Translations under genes and position numbers: made by a program | The notes under the pieces: model-generated | The model's input: only the letters and a program-made list of their open reading frames with translations | Told to the model about the DNA's origin: nothing | Database searches by the model: none | Virus record (IMG/VR): IMGVR_UViG_3300031994_000058 | Coordinates: 22,688 to 86,687 of that record | From: a virus | Lineage: Duplodnaviria; Caudoviricetes | Length of the DNA stretch: 64,000 nucleotides | Reading direction: 5' to 3' (one strand) | Shown here: positions 37,279 to 46,418 of the stretch, piece by piece | How the letters are laid out: every line of letters starts with the position of its first letter | Position numbering within the stretch: the first letter of the stretch is position 1

Positions 37279-37679
37279 CTATCAGTCACCTCCAACCATA
37301 CATCTTTCTTGAACTTACTTACATAAGGCTCAATTGTAGGAGTTACAAAATCATTAGGAGGAATCCAGTATCCATTTGCTGTGGCATGACCATTTACAAT
37401 CAACAGAACAATCGGCGTTAATCTATCAGAGTTGTAGTAATAACCCTCTACATGATTTGAGTTTGTCCATGTAATTGTCGTTGAATTCCTTGTGGTTTCG
37501 ATTTCATAACCCCAAGATTCTGAAGTTTTTCCCGTATCCTTAGGCGTCGCTTCCTTTAAAGCTTCAGTCACTTCCTTTGCAAAACTGTCGAGCTTCCGAT
37601 ACCACTTCTTACTAGTTGCTTGTCGTAAAAGGCTTTCTGTATGCTTGAAGTTTCCTTCACTATTTATTCTAATGCCCAT
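37275..37679 (-). CDS. HK97 gp10-like tail completion protein
   Basis: Start MGIRINSEG; ALKEATPKDTGKTSESWGY...GHATANGYW. Confidence 0.7.
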   Translation of the reverse strand: MGIRINSEGNFKHTESLLRQATSKKWYRKLDSFAKEVTEALKEATPKDTGKTSESWGYEIETTRNSTTITWTNSNHVEGYYYNSDRLTPIVLLIVNGHATANGYWIPPNDFVTPTIEPYVSKFKKDVWLEVTDR

Positions 37680-37725
37680 AAAAGAAGCGCCGCCCTTTCG
37701 TAAAAATTTATAGAAGTTGTAGAAT

Positions 37726-38280
37726 TTACGTGCGTGGTTTTCGTCTAGCCTTATTGACCATATGGTTCTGTCTAAGAACATCCTGCTTAGACATTTTCTT
37801 AGACGGTTGGCTTTTAATGCTAGCAACCTTTAAAAGCGTCATGAGTCTATTAAAATGCCAATACTGAGTCTCAAAAGGAATTTGTGCAGCCGCCATCCAA
37901 TAATACACTAACTCACTTGTAACGATTTCGTTATTGCTAGGGGTTTTGCCCTGTTTTAATAATTTATCATTAAACCAAGTTGCTGTCATGGAATCGTTCA
38001 TGTATTCGGCAATCTCGTTTTGTTGGGCCTTGGTTAAAGCTTGTAAAACGAGTGGATTAACATTGTCATCCAGAATCATACATCGAATGTAATCAAGCAT
38101 TTGTTCTTGGGTTTTCTTGTGTCGTTTATCATCTGCGAGAAACGCAATCTTCCATTTTGATTCCCACTTAGCTATTGCATATAGACTATGCTCTAAATGG
38201 AGAGTCTGCGGTTCTATAGTCACAAACTCTCCATTAGCTTCATCGTAAAATTCTACAGCGTTAACCTGCAGTTCGAGCAT
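37726..38280 (-). CDS. Tail assembly chaperone-like protein 2
   Basis: LEHSLYAIAKWESKW...WHFNRLMTLL; located before TMP. Confidence 0.65.
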   Translation of the reverse strand: MLELQVNAVEFYDEANGEFVTIEPQTLHLEHSLYAIAKWESKWKIAFLADDKRHKKTQEQMLDYIRCMILDDNVNPLVLQALTKAQQNEIAEYMNDSMTATWFNDKLLKQGKTPSNNEIVTSELVYYWMAAAQIPFETQYWHFNRLMTLLKVASIKSQPSKKMSKQDVLRQNHMVNKARRKPRT

Positions 38281-38714
38281 TACTTATGCTGGAGCGCAGG
38301 ATGATTTGCATTCTGATTGCCCGATGCCTGAGCCTTCTCTCGTACATCGGGAGGAAGGATGCCATTTACAAAGTTTGCAGCCTCTTTGTCATCACTTACG
38401 AGCTGCATATAGAGAACGCTGTACGCCTCTGTCTCGATAAATTCGTCGGCAAGTCGATGTCCGTCAGGTGCCTTCTTGATGAATCGCTTACCGTCAGCAG
38501 ACTTCTCACCATAAGCGAGCATGATAAGCTCCTTAAAGAGCTTTGCCAGAGTAGGTACATCTTTAGCCGCAACGATCTTGGTGATGTACTCACCAAAACC
38601 GCCAGCCTGGGACATCTGAAGCTCTGCAAGCTCTGCCTGTGTCAGATTGAAGTAGAAATCTTCCTTCATCTCGACGCCATCAAAATTCGTGTACTCGATT
38701 GTCTTCTTAAGCAT
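38280..38714 (-). CDS. Tail assembly chaperone
   Basis: MLKKTIEYTNFDG...EDFYFNLTQAEL...AYGEKSADGKRF. Confidence 0.7.
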   Translation of the reverse strand: MLKKTIEYTNFDGVEMKEDFYFNLTQAELAELQMSQAGGFGEYITKIVAAKDVPTLAKLFKELIMLAYGEKSADGKRFIKKAPDGHRLADEFIETEAYSVLYMQLVSDDKEAANFVNGILPPDVREKAQASGNQNANHPALQHK

Positions 38715-38758
38715 AATAATTACCTCCGCTTGTTTCTTGTGGTTTTTCTATTTATCCA

Positions 38759-39658
38759 TTATACGCGCTTGACGTATTTGGAACTGAGATTAATCCAGCC
38801 TACGCCGGAAATAAGCTTGCCCCAACCATTCTTCTCCTCGATGATGGAGTAAATCTCATTCTTATGAACGATTGCGGTACGTTTATAGGATGCTCCCGGT
38901 CCAGAACGAACGTTCAGTGCATAGCAAATTACTTTTACATTGAACTTCTTCACGTTAGTCGGGGTTGTGGGTTTTGTGGGTGTTATAGTTGGCGCCGGGG
39001 TTGGAGTAGGAGTCGGCTGTGTCGCAGGTGCGTCGGTCTTCGCAAAGCCATTCTTACCGGAAGCCTTGATGATCGACGGAAAGTCTTGATAACATTCATC
39101 GAGATCCACCTTACCGTTGATGCCTTTAATAGACCCTTTATCACTCTTCTGCCAGATAGCATACGGATCCGGATAGTTGGTTTTACTTACACCGTAATGT
39201 GCAACCCACATCGTATACTTCTGTCTCGTAGTGGTGGAAATGTTATCTACCAGAGGATAACGAGAACCGTAGATACCTGCGAAATATCCAGCAGCCTCGA
39301 GTTCGGAACAGAATGCCTCAACGATCTCGGTAACGGCGGTTTTAGAAAGGGCAAGCTGCTTTTCATACTCAACATCCATGTAAATCGGATACTCAAACTG
39401 TTTACCAGAGAGAGCCTTGATACAAGCCTTTGCCTCCGATCTCGCTGCAGCAGGAGTGAGAGCCTTGGAATACCAGTAAGCACCACAAGGAATGCCATGT
39501 GCCTTACATTCTCGGTAATTTCGCTCATACTTGACATCTGTTGCAGTACCAATACCGGCGCGCATGATAATGAACTGTGCCTTAGGATCGGTCTTTACCT
39601 TGCTGAAATCTGGGTCACCCTGCCATTTTGAAATGTCAATGCCATAAACGGTAGCCAT
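38759..39658 (-). CDS. Endolysin: GH25 muramidase, Pro/Thr linker, SH3 domain
   Basis: YGIDISKWQG...YMDVE...WQKSDKGSIKGINGKVDLD; ALNVRSGPG...KNGWGKL. Confidence 0.93.
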   Translation of the reverse strand: MATVYGIDISKWQGDPDFSKVKTDPKAQFIIMRAGIGTATDVKYERNYRECKAHGIPCGAYWYSKALTPAAARSEAKACIKALSGKQFEYPIYMDVEYEKQLALSKTAVTEIVEAFCSELEAAGYFAGIYGSRYPLVDNISTTTRQKYTMWVAHYGVSKTNYPDPYAIWQKSDKGSIKGINGKVDLDECYQDFPSIIKASGKNGFAKTDAPATQPTPTPTPAPTITPTKPTTPTNVKKFNVKVICYALNVRSGPGASYKRTAIVHKNEIYSIIEEKNGWGKLISGVGWINLSSKYVKRV

Positions 39659-40011
39659 TAGTCGTTACCTCCTCCCATGAGATACATAAGAATAAAAAGC
39701 CAAAGCACGTCCCGCGAAGAATCAGACTTAAACACATTGGGAATGTTTGTCTCCTCGATTCGGTTTTCAAAGCTGGGGAGATTGTACTTGATGTCGAACG
39801 TTGTTGCTCGTGCGATGAGAACGGACAGATACTTGCCCATTGTGTCGTACTGTTCCTGAAGCAAAGAATACTCGGGTGAATCCTCACCGATTTTCTTCAT
39901 ATGCTTCTCGAGACCATACATACGAAGATCACACTGTTCGATCTCTGCGACGAGCCGCTCCTTCCAGTCGTCTGACATCATTCCGTCAATGGTGTCTCTT
40001 AAAGTCTTCAT
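39658..40011 (-). CDS. Small coiled-coil phage protein (crAss001_48-like)
   Basis: TIDGMMSDDWKERLVAE...LQEQYDTMGKYLSVLIARA. Confidence 0.55.
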   Translation of the reverse strand: MKTLRDTIDGMMSDDWKERLVAEIEQCDLRMYGLEKHMKKIGEDSPEYSLLQEQYDTMGKYLSVLIARATTFDIKYNLPSFENRIEETNIPNVFKSDSSRDVLWLFILMYLMGGGND

Positions 40012-41059
40012 ATGAAATTCCTCCTTTTATTATAGCTTTTAAAAGCCTTATAAATTTTAGTTTTAGATATCGATTTTTGAGTTCTCTTGTGGTGGTGATA
40101 GTTAATAATGACAATCGTGAAAGCATTCCGGACGCCATCTTAGAGGTCAGAACTAAGTTATTACGGATCCTGGAATGAAGAGATCTGTACTTTCTTTTAA
40201 GACGTAATAGAACCGGTTTTCGAAGCATAAATCTGGTCCCTTGATACCGGTAACCAAGAGCCGATACGGGACGAGATGATACTTTGTACACTTGCCAGTT
40301 AGGTTTTAACCGTAAACAAATGCCGTTTAAGTAATCGGATATGGCCCGAACTACTTTATGGAGCATTCTCTTATTAGAATGAAAAAGTGTTAAATTGTCC
40401 ATATAACGAAGATAATGCGGTACATGAAGAACCTCACGAATGTAATGATCGAGAGGTTGAAGAAGGACATTCGCGAACCATTGACTATGGAATGCGCCTA
40501 TCATTACACCATCCTGTATTGATATTTTTATCAATTTCATCACTCGCTCATCATTTATAAGACTTCGAAATCGACTTTCTATAATTGATGGTAAAATGGA
40601 CTCATAAAAATGATGAATGTCGAGTTCTGCACAATATTTGGTATGCTTTGGATCATTTTTCAGCCATTTACGAATACCAGTTTGTCCGCGTTTTAGACCT
40701 CGACCTTTAATCGAACCGCAGCACCAATAGTCCATTCCTCGCATCATTACGGGCATCAAAGCCTGTACAAGCATATGGTGGATGTACTGGTCGGGCCATA
40801 ATTTAGGCTCTGTTATAGTTCGAATCTTCTTGGCGTTGTGGTCATATCGCCTAGTGACTTTTGGTCTACTTGGCTTAAATCCCTTTATTACGATGTTTCG
40901 TAACTCTCTAACACGCTCTTCTAATGTAGCTTCTATCCATATCACGGTTCGATTAAGACCCTTACGTGTGCGCCTGTGGGATTTGTTTACGTCTCTAATC
41001 GCTTGTTTAATGTTGTCATCGCTAATTAATATGGGAAAGAGATTCTTTACTCTCTTCAT
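39986..41059 (-). CDS. DGR reverse transcriptase (YMDN variant)
   Basis: PDQYIHH, GSIKGRG, ELDIHHFYESI, GVMIGAFHSQWFAN, HYLRYMDNL; adjacent TR/VR pair. Confidence 0.92.
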   Translation of the reverse strand: MKRVKNLFPILISDDNIKQAIRDVNKSHRRTRKGLNRTVIWIEATLEERVRELRNIVIKGFKPSRPKVTRRYDHNAKKIRTITEPKLWPDQYIHHMLVQALMPVMMRGMDYWCCGSIKGRGLKRGQTGIRKWLKNDPKHTKYCAELDIHHFYESILPSIIESRFRSLINDERVMKLIKISIQDGVMIGAFHSQWFANVLLQPLDHYIREVLHVPHYLRYMDNLTLFHSNKRMLHKVVRAISDYLNGICLRLKPNWQVYKVSSRPVSALGYRYQGTRFMLRKPVLLRLKRKYRSLHSRIRNNLVLTSKMASGMLSRLSLLTITTTRELKNRYLKLKFIRLLKAIIKGGISYEDFKRHH

Positions 41060-41195
41060 GAGGTGTTTGCTTCCTTGTTGCTTTTTATGGATGTTCGCGG
41101 ATTTACGTTACTAGTCCATACCCATTTAAGCAAAATTTTCACCAAGTGGTGTGCGAAAGGCCGCGCCGAGTAGAATATAAAAAGTGCAAACAAGT

Positions 41196-41337
41196 AGACG
41201 AGCGCCGATGTTACCGTTCGAGTTCGAAGAACTGTTATTGCCGTTCAGATAGAACATACCATAGTTCCGGTTCTGGTTGTAGTTACCGCCAACGTAGAGA
41301 ACCACACCAGACGAATTATAGTTACAGTTATCGGCGA
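41196..41337 (-). mobile_element. DGR template repeat (TR)
   Basis: 142 bp with 13 AAC/AAT codons; differs from 41466-41607 only at TR adenines. Confidence 0.95.
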
Positions 41338-41421
41338 GACTGCGCGACCAGTCCCATTTTGATTAAATTTCTGACCAGATTTGGGTGTTCTGTTTAAAAT
41401 TGTTACGATTGATTTATCCGT

Positions 41422-41437
41422 GGGGGAAGTATCCCCC
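41422..41437. other. GC-rich hairpin just 3' of the VR gene (probable DGR target-recognition hairpin)
   Basis: GGGGGA-AGTA-TCCCCC, 10 nt past the target stop codon. Confidence 0.6.
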
Positions 41438-41446
41438 TTCACCCCC

Positions 41447-42883
41447 TCAAATGGGTAATTTCTGGAGACGAGCGCCGATGCTACCGCCCGAGTCCGAAGA
41501 ACCGTTATTGCCGCCCAGATAGAACATACCATAGCCCCGGTACTGGCCGTAGTTACCGCCAACGCAGAGAACCACACCAGACGAATCATAGTAACAGTAA
41601 TCGGCGATGTAAGTAGAATAACTCGAGTCTGATACGATAGAAGACGGATATAATGCCCATTCGTAGTCGGTGGCTGTCGGAACGCCGAAAGCACTGATAC
41701 AGCCAGACGAGGTGTATCTTGTACCAGTGTTAGTACCACCAGAAGAATCGGAATACGTAGAGGGGTTAAGATAAGTGTAAATCGAAGAAGATGAAAATCT
41801 AATACCATCACACCAATCGAGGACATTATCCCAGATACCCTCGATATACCGGTATTGGGTTGAAGCGGCATAAGTCGTTCTGGAAGAAGCCATTGTACCA
41901 GTATGGTAGGGCATAGAGTCAGTATAACCCATCGTTACGACGGACGAGCCATTACCACATCCATAGCCTATTACTTTCTGAGAATCCCAATCGGCGAATT
42001 CCACAATGTAAAGCATCCGGATGGTCCAGAACATAGCAAAATCAAATTGCCAATAGTCAGATCCCAGGTTATGAATGCTGGTTCTTGCGGTGGATCTTGT
42101 GATGGAAACCTTAGGCGAAGAACCGGATGTGGACTTATAGTTAGTCGAAGAACAATGGTACCGTCCTACATACACATAATCCCGTTCTCCAACACCATCA
42201 CCTCTGTCCATATGGGCAGGAGAGACAGAAAAGCCTTCAACGGGGCCATTTGCGATCTGAAACGTCATGGCAGAACCGGTTTTCGTGATTTTATACCAGA
42301 ATTTAGGAATCTCAACGAGTTCGTTTCCATCTAGAGTCACTCTTCGTATTCCAGACCAAGGCATAACATCGTCGAAGGGCGAATATCCGGGATGATTGTT
42401 GTCATTAACATATGGGTCTGGATTAGAGAAAGACGCAGCATCGTCTGTTCTGGTCATAGTGGTAGTGGAAGAACCATCCCAAAATACGCCAAAGGTCTGA
42501 GTAAATGCAAGACTTGTTGTGTATGTCGTATAATCATCTACCACAACAGTCTTTGTGACGCTATCACCATCCAGTTCCATCGTACATGTCCACGTGCCGA
42601 GGTTGACAAGATAGGTTTTCGGGGTTCCGTCGGATGTGTACGTGTGGGTGGTGGTGCCATCTGTCAGAGTCACTTCGCCACCTTCAACTGCTGTTACAGC
42701 GAGCTTAGCGAAGGCGAGACTAACGGACTGCGTGGTGTTGGTTGTGGTGGTCTCGATGTATTTCGTTTCAGAGGTCGCACCTTGGAGAGAGGCATTGACC
42801 TGATAGAGACCAGGGTCATCGATATGGAGAACCGCATTGCCGGAAGAGTCGGCAGTGGCGGTGTATATTTTTGGTAGACTCAT
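41447..42883 (-). CDS. DGR target: tail fibre/receptor-binding protein with C-terminal C-type-lectin-like VR domain
   Basis: IEGIWDNVLDWCDG...VGGNYG...IGARL; carries VR1 at the extreme C-terminus. Confidence 0.9.
   Translation of the reverse strand: MSLPKIYTATADSSGNAVLHIDDPGLYQVNASLQGATSETKYIETTTTNTTQSVSLAFAKLAVTAVEGGEVTLTDGTTTHTYTSDGTPKTYLVNLGTWTCTMELDGDSVTKTVVVDDYTTYTTSLAFTQTFGVFWDGSSTTTMTRTDDAASFSNPDPYVNDNNHPGYSPFDDVMPWSGIRRVTLDGNELVEIPKFWYKITKTGSAMTFQIANGPVEGFSVSPAHMDRGDGVGERDYVYVGRYHCSSTNYKSTSGSSPKVSITRSTARTSIHNLGSDYWQFDFAMFWTIRMLYIVEFADWDSQKVIGYGCGNGSSVVTMGYTDSMPYHTGTMASSRTTYAASTQYRYIEGIWDNVLDWCDGIRFSSSSIYTYLNPSTYSDSSGGTNTGTRYTSSGCISAFGVPTATDYEWALYPSSIVSDSSYSTYIADYCYYDSSGVVLCVGGNYGQYRGYGMFYLGGNNGSSDSGGSIGARLQKLPI
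41466..41607 (-). repeat. DGR variable repeat (VR1)
   Basis: 16 mismatches to TR, all at TR A (13 A>G, 3 A>T on the coding strand), no indels. Confidence 0.95.
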
Positions 42884-42899
42884 GTTAATTCACCTCGCT

Positions 42900-44399
42900 T
42901 TAGGAATTGGGTGGGAGGTACAGAAGGCGAGCGCCAACGAACGTGTCATAGTCCGACGAGCCGACGTCACCGCGCAAGCAGAACAAGCCGTAGCCCAGGT
43001 ACTGGCTATAGTTACCACCGAAGTGCAGCACCACACCGGAACTGTAATAGTACACACGATCACAACAATAAGTAGCATAATTACTGTCACTATATACATC
43101 ACTGGGATATACAAAACATTCATAGCCACTTACTGTGCTGTCTTTCCATGCTTTAATCTCATTAGAAGAAGTTGGTCTAGTACCAACCAACGTTCCTCCA
43201 CTACTATCAGAAAAATTAGCAGGATTCTTAATGGCATAAATATTAGCGCTAGAAAAATAAATACCATCTACCCAGTCCAATACGTTTCCCCATAAATCTT
43301 CAATCCATCTATATTGTGTACCAACACCATATGTTGTTCGAGAAGATTTCATGGTGCCTGTGTGGTAAGGCATACTATCAGAAGCACCGAGGTTTTCAGT
43401 TGCTGAGTTATTACCACATCCATAGCCTATCTTTGCTTGAGAATTCCAGTGCGCGAATTCTACAAGGTATAAATACCAAATGGAGATCAGGGTCATCATA
43501 TCAAACTGGCAATATCCAGTACCTCTACCAGAACATCCACTTCTTGCCGTAGATCTGGTAATACTTGCAAGAGGTTTCACACCAGAAATTGATTTATAAC
43601 CAGTACTTACATGATATCTGGATACGTATACATAATCTCTTTCTCCCTTACCATCACCACGATCTTGATGAGCCGGAGATACAGAGAATCCAGCAGTTGC
43701 TTTATCTGCAATTTGGATTTTTCTTTTTGTACCAGTTGTGGTAACCTTAACCCAGAATTTAGGAATCTTTACAAATACATCTGTACCAATTGTTTCTTTT
43801 ACCATACCACTCCATGGCATGAGGTCATCAAATGGTGAACTACCAGGATGGTTTCCGTCATTCACGTATGGATCGGGATTATCAAATTCGGCAGCGTCAT
43901 CTGTCCGTGTCAATGTCGTTTCTGAGCCGCCGTCCCACTCGACTCCGTATATATGACCAAATCCAATCTTCATTTCATATTCTTTGACATCATCAATATC
44001 AATTTGCTTCGTATAAGTATCGCTGCCGTCAATAGCTGTCACTGTCCATGTCCCTGAAAACGGAAGCATGAAGGTAACTGCGGTAGTCTCACCGGCACCT
44101 GTACCTGTCAGTACCGTATACCCGTCTGTGATGTTCAAAGCAGAATTCGTCGGTGCATACACCTTAAGAACATAAGAAACACGAGTTGCGGTGACAACTG
44201 CGCTGGGTTCAGTGGTGACATTCACGGTAGATTTGAAACTGGACTCGCCGCCTGCCGGAATCGTCAGAATATCATCGGGAAACTCCTCAAATCCGTCCCC
44301 AGTATTAACCGTGCCACCCATCGTTGTGATAGCATTGGCGATATCGGTCTTAGCGGTTACTAAGCGGCTAAGGTTTTCTGCGATTGTGTGTTCTGGCAT
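42900..44399 (-). CDS. Paralogous fibre with a diverged VR-like C-terminus
   Basis: Shares TRTDDAA.F.NPDPYVND.NHPG.SPFDD.MPWSG and the lectin-like end with 41447..42883. Confidence 0.88.
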   Translation of the reverse strand: MPEHTIAENLSRLVTAKTDIANAITTMGGTVNTGDGFEEFPDDILTIPAGGESSFKSTVNVTTEPSAVVTATRVSYVLKVYAPTNSALNITDGYTVLTGTGAGETTAVTFMLPFSGTWTVTAIDGSDTYTKQIDIDDVKEYEMKIGFGHIYGVEWDGGSETTLTRTDDAAEFDNPDPYVNDGNHPGSSPFDDLMPWSGMVKETIGTDVFVKIPKFWVKVTTTGTKRKIQIADKATAGFSVSPAHQDRGDGKGERDYVYVSRYHVSTGYKSISGVKPLASITRSTARSGCSGRGTGYCQFDMMTLISIWYLYLVEFAHWNSQAKIGYGCGNNSATENLGASDSMPYHTGTMKSSRTTYGVGTQYRWIEDLWGNVLDWVDGIYFSSANIYAIKNPANFSDSSGGTLVGTRPTSSNEIKAWKDSTVSGYECFVYPSDVYSDSNYATYCCDRVYYYSSGVVLHFGGNYSQYLGYGLFCLRGDVGSSDYDTFVGARLLYLPPNS

Positions 44400-44400
44400 A

Positions 44401-44928
44401 TCAAAGCACCTCCTCTAACACGGTGTTGATGTTACCAAGAATCGTATACACACCGCCACTTGTGATGCAGGCAGTGCTTCCGCTTGTAGCAGAGTCTGTT
44501 ACGTCTCGGTAAGCGGCATTATTAAGGTTGTTAATATTAGCGAGATTCGCCGCCGTTACAAACCTATTAGTCTTATTTGTATCATCTACCAAATCAGAAC
44601 TCAGTTTGCTATTAGACGTAATCTCAGACTGAAGACCAGAAATAAGACCTCCAATCGGGAATGTTACGTAAGTTCCGTTCTTGAGTTCAAGCTTGATAGC
44701 GTTACCATATGTTGGATCATCACTGACATATTCACCGCCTACTACCATTGTTTCAAGCGGAAGGTCGATTCCTGTGGACGTACTAATGACTGTTCCAGAG
44801 GCATCCTTTAATGTTGCGGTAAGAACGTAAGTCGTCGGATCAATACTAAGGTCGATAGTTCTTGCCGAGGAAGCATCTTTGAGAGTATAAATTATATCAT
44901 TAAGTTTAATTGCGGATATATCAGCCAT
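44401..44928 (-). CDS. Fibre-associated hypothetical protein
   Basis: Start MADISAIKL; IDLPLETMVVGG, ITSGGVY. Confidence 0.65.
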   Translation of the reverse strand: MADISAIKLNDIIYTLKDASSARTIDLSIDPTTYVLTATLKDASGTVISTSTGIDLPLETMVVGGEYVSDDPTYGNAIKLELKNGTYVTFPIGGLISGLQSEITSNSKLSSDLVDDTNKTNRFVTAANLANINNLNNAAYRDVTDSATSGSTACITSGGVYTILGNINTVLEEVL

Positions 44929-45062
44929 TTTAAAGCCTCCTTCAAAATCTAAAATTTGTTTTAAACAAGTCCTTAAAAGGACTGATAGGTCTAATAAACA
45001 TTTAAGAAGACATACCCCGCCTCCCATTTTGAAAGACGGGGTCATTAGTCTTCATGACTTCA

Positions 45063-45929
45063 TTACGTGTTGTTTTCGGGAGTAACGTAGTCGGAATCGG
45101 TGCCAACAGTGAAGTTGGTAATATTACCGGTTGCAGTGTTGGAACCGGTAGAGGTAAGCTCCTCGCCAGTGAATGCCAGCTTAACAGAAGTACCAGCCAG
45201 GTTTACAGTCTGAGTGCCGGTAGCATCTACAGTAACATCAGTTACAATGCTCTTAGCAGTGAAGGACGGCAGAGTAACATCAGTAGGCGTACCACCATTG
45301 AAAGTGCCCTTGTCGAAGGTGATGGTGAGGGTCTCAGCCTCAGAGCCAGTACCAAGAGATGCAGTCAGGCTCGGATCAACGGTGAAGGATGCTGCAGTAC
45401 CAGCGGTTACGGAGCCACCACCAGTAGCACTTGTAGCAACATAGTTGCCAGTAGCCTCAGTGGTAGGAGTTACAGTAGTAACCGGGCAAGCTACAGTACC
45501 AGCAGGGGTGTAGGTCGTGCCGACGCCAGTGGACGGGTTTACGTTAACAGCACCTGCCGGAGTGCCCTTTACCGTAGCAGTGAATGCAGTACCCTCGAAA
45601 GTAGCGGAACCAGTGCCAGTGGGCTTAGTGTAAGAAGCCTTGTCGTAGTATGCCAGATCGCCAAGGGTGGACATATCACCAAACTCATGCCACTTGCTGT
45701 CAGAGGAAGAGTAGATGAATTCCTTACCGGAGTAGATTGCCAGCATACCATTCTTGGCAGTTACACTTTCGCTGCCGATAGTGATCGTGGAGGTGGATGC
45801 GCCGTCAGTCAGAGCAGTGGTAGTAATACCAGCATAGATGACGCCACCAGCGGCTGTCTGTCGAGCTACGGAGTCCTTGATCTCATACGTAGTGCCATTG
45901 AGTTTAATTTTACTTACTTCGTTTGCCAT
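45063..45929 (-). CDS. Thr/Gly-rich fibre- or decoration-like protein
   Basis: ISKIKLNGTTYEIKDSVARQ fibre N-terminal motif; TPAGTV repeats. Confidence 0.7.
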   Translation of the reverse strand: MANEVSKIKLNGTTYEIKDSVARQTAAGGVIYAGITTTALTDGASTSTITIGSESVTAKNGMLAIYSGKEFIYSSSDSKWHEFGDMSTLGDLAYYDKASYTKPTGTGSATFEGTAFTATVKGTPAGAVNVNPSTGVGTTYTPAGTVACPVTTVTPTTEATGNYVATSATGGGSVTAGTAASFTVDPSLTASLGTGSEAETLTITFDKGTFNGGTPTDVTLPSFTAKSIVTDVTVDATGTQTVNLAGTSVKLAFTGEELTSTGSNTATGNITNFTVGTDSDYVTPENNT

Positions 45930-45944
45930 AGCGATTAGCCTCCT

Positions 45945-46418
45945 TTAAGACTTTGTGATGATGAGTGTTTCGGCGTCGTCAATATCCATATAGGCAGTGA
46001 CTTTATTATTCCAAAAATCGCGTTCTGCTTCCGTAATGGTACCAGACGCTACAAACGGCATATCGATAAGTCTCGTCACACCATCTCCGACCTTTAAAGC
46101 AGCAATCTCAACCCCGCTGGAAGTTGTCATATAGTCTGTGTAGACATAAATGACATCCTTATCTGTCACGAGGTCAACGAGATAGTTCCACTCAGCAGTC
46201 GTTTTGGACAGCACCGGCTTGTTAGCAACCGCGATTTCCGAAATTCGTTCGTTGAGGTTCACATATGTTCCGCGAGCTTCCGTTACTTCGTCGGTAACAG
46301 ATTTTAAACCCGCCTTAACCTCTGTGTCGTCGTAGTTTTCGAGTCCTACTGTTTTGTCCAGAAGGTCGTCGATTTGTTTACCTGTATATTTGAGCACGTA
46401 GTCTGCCATGAAGCTCAC
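45945..46418 (-). CDS. Fibre-associated protein (Mtd/hyaluronidase N-terminal-like)
   Basis: YTGKQIDDLL, EVTEARG, IYVYTDY...LKVGDGVTRLIDMPF. Confidence 0.6.
   Translation of the reverse strand: MSFMADYVLKYTGKQIDDLLDKTVGLENYDDTEVKAGLKSVTDEVTEARGTYVNLNERISEIAVANKPVLSKTTAEWNYLVDLVTDKDVIYVYTDYMTTSSGVEIAALKVGDGVTRLIDMPFVASGTITEAERDFWNNKVTAYMDIDDAETLIITKS

Noticed and set aside
37726-38714. Programmed -1 frameshift joining the two tail chaperone ORFs
   Set aside because: No slippery heptamer near the end of the first ORF; the genes are coupled by a TAATG stop-start overlap.
39658-40011. Gene after RT as avd
   Set aside because: It resembles a common small coiled-coil phage family rather than Avd; not excluded without a fold search.
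39986-41059. RT as a group II intron, retron or Abi RT
   Set aside because: Short ORF without maturase or endonuclease extension; the adjacent A-specific TR/VR pair identifies a DGR.
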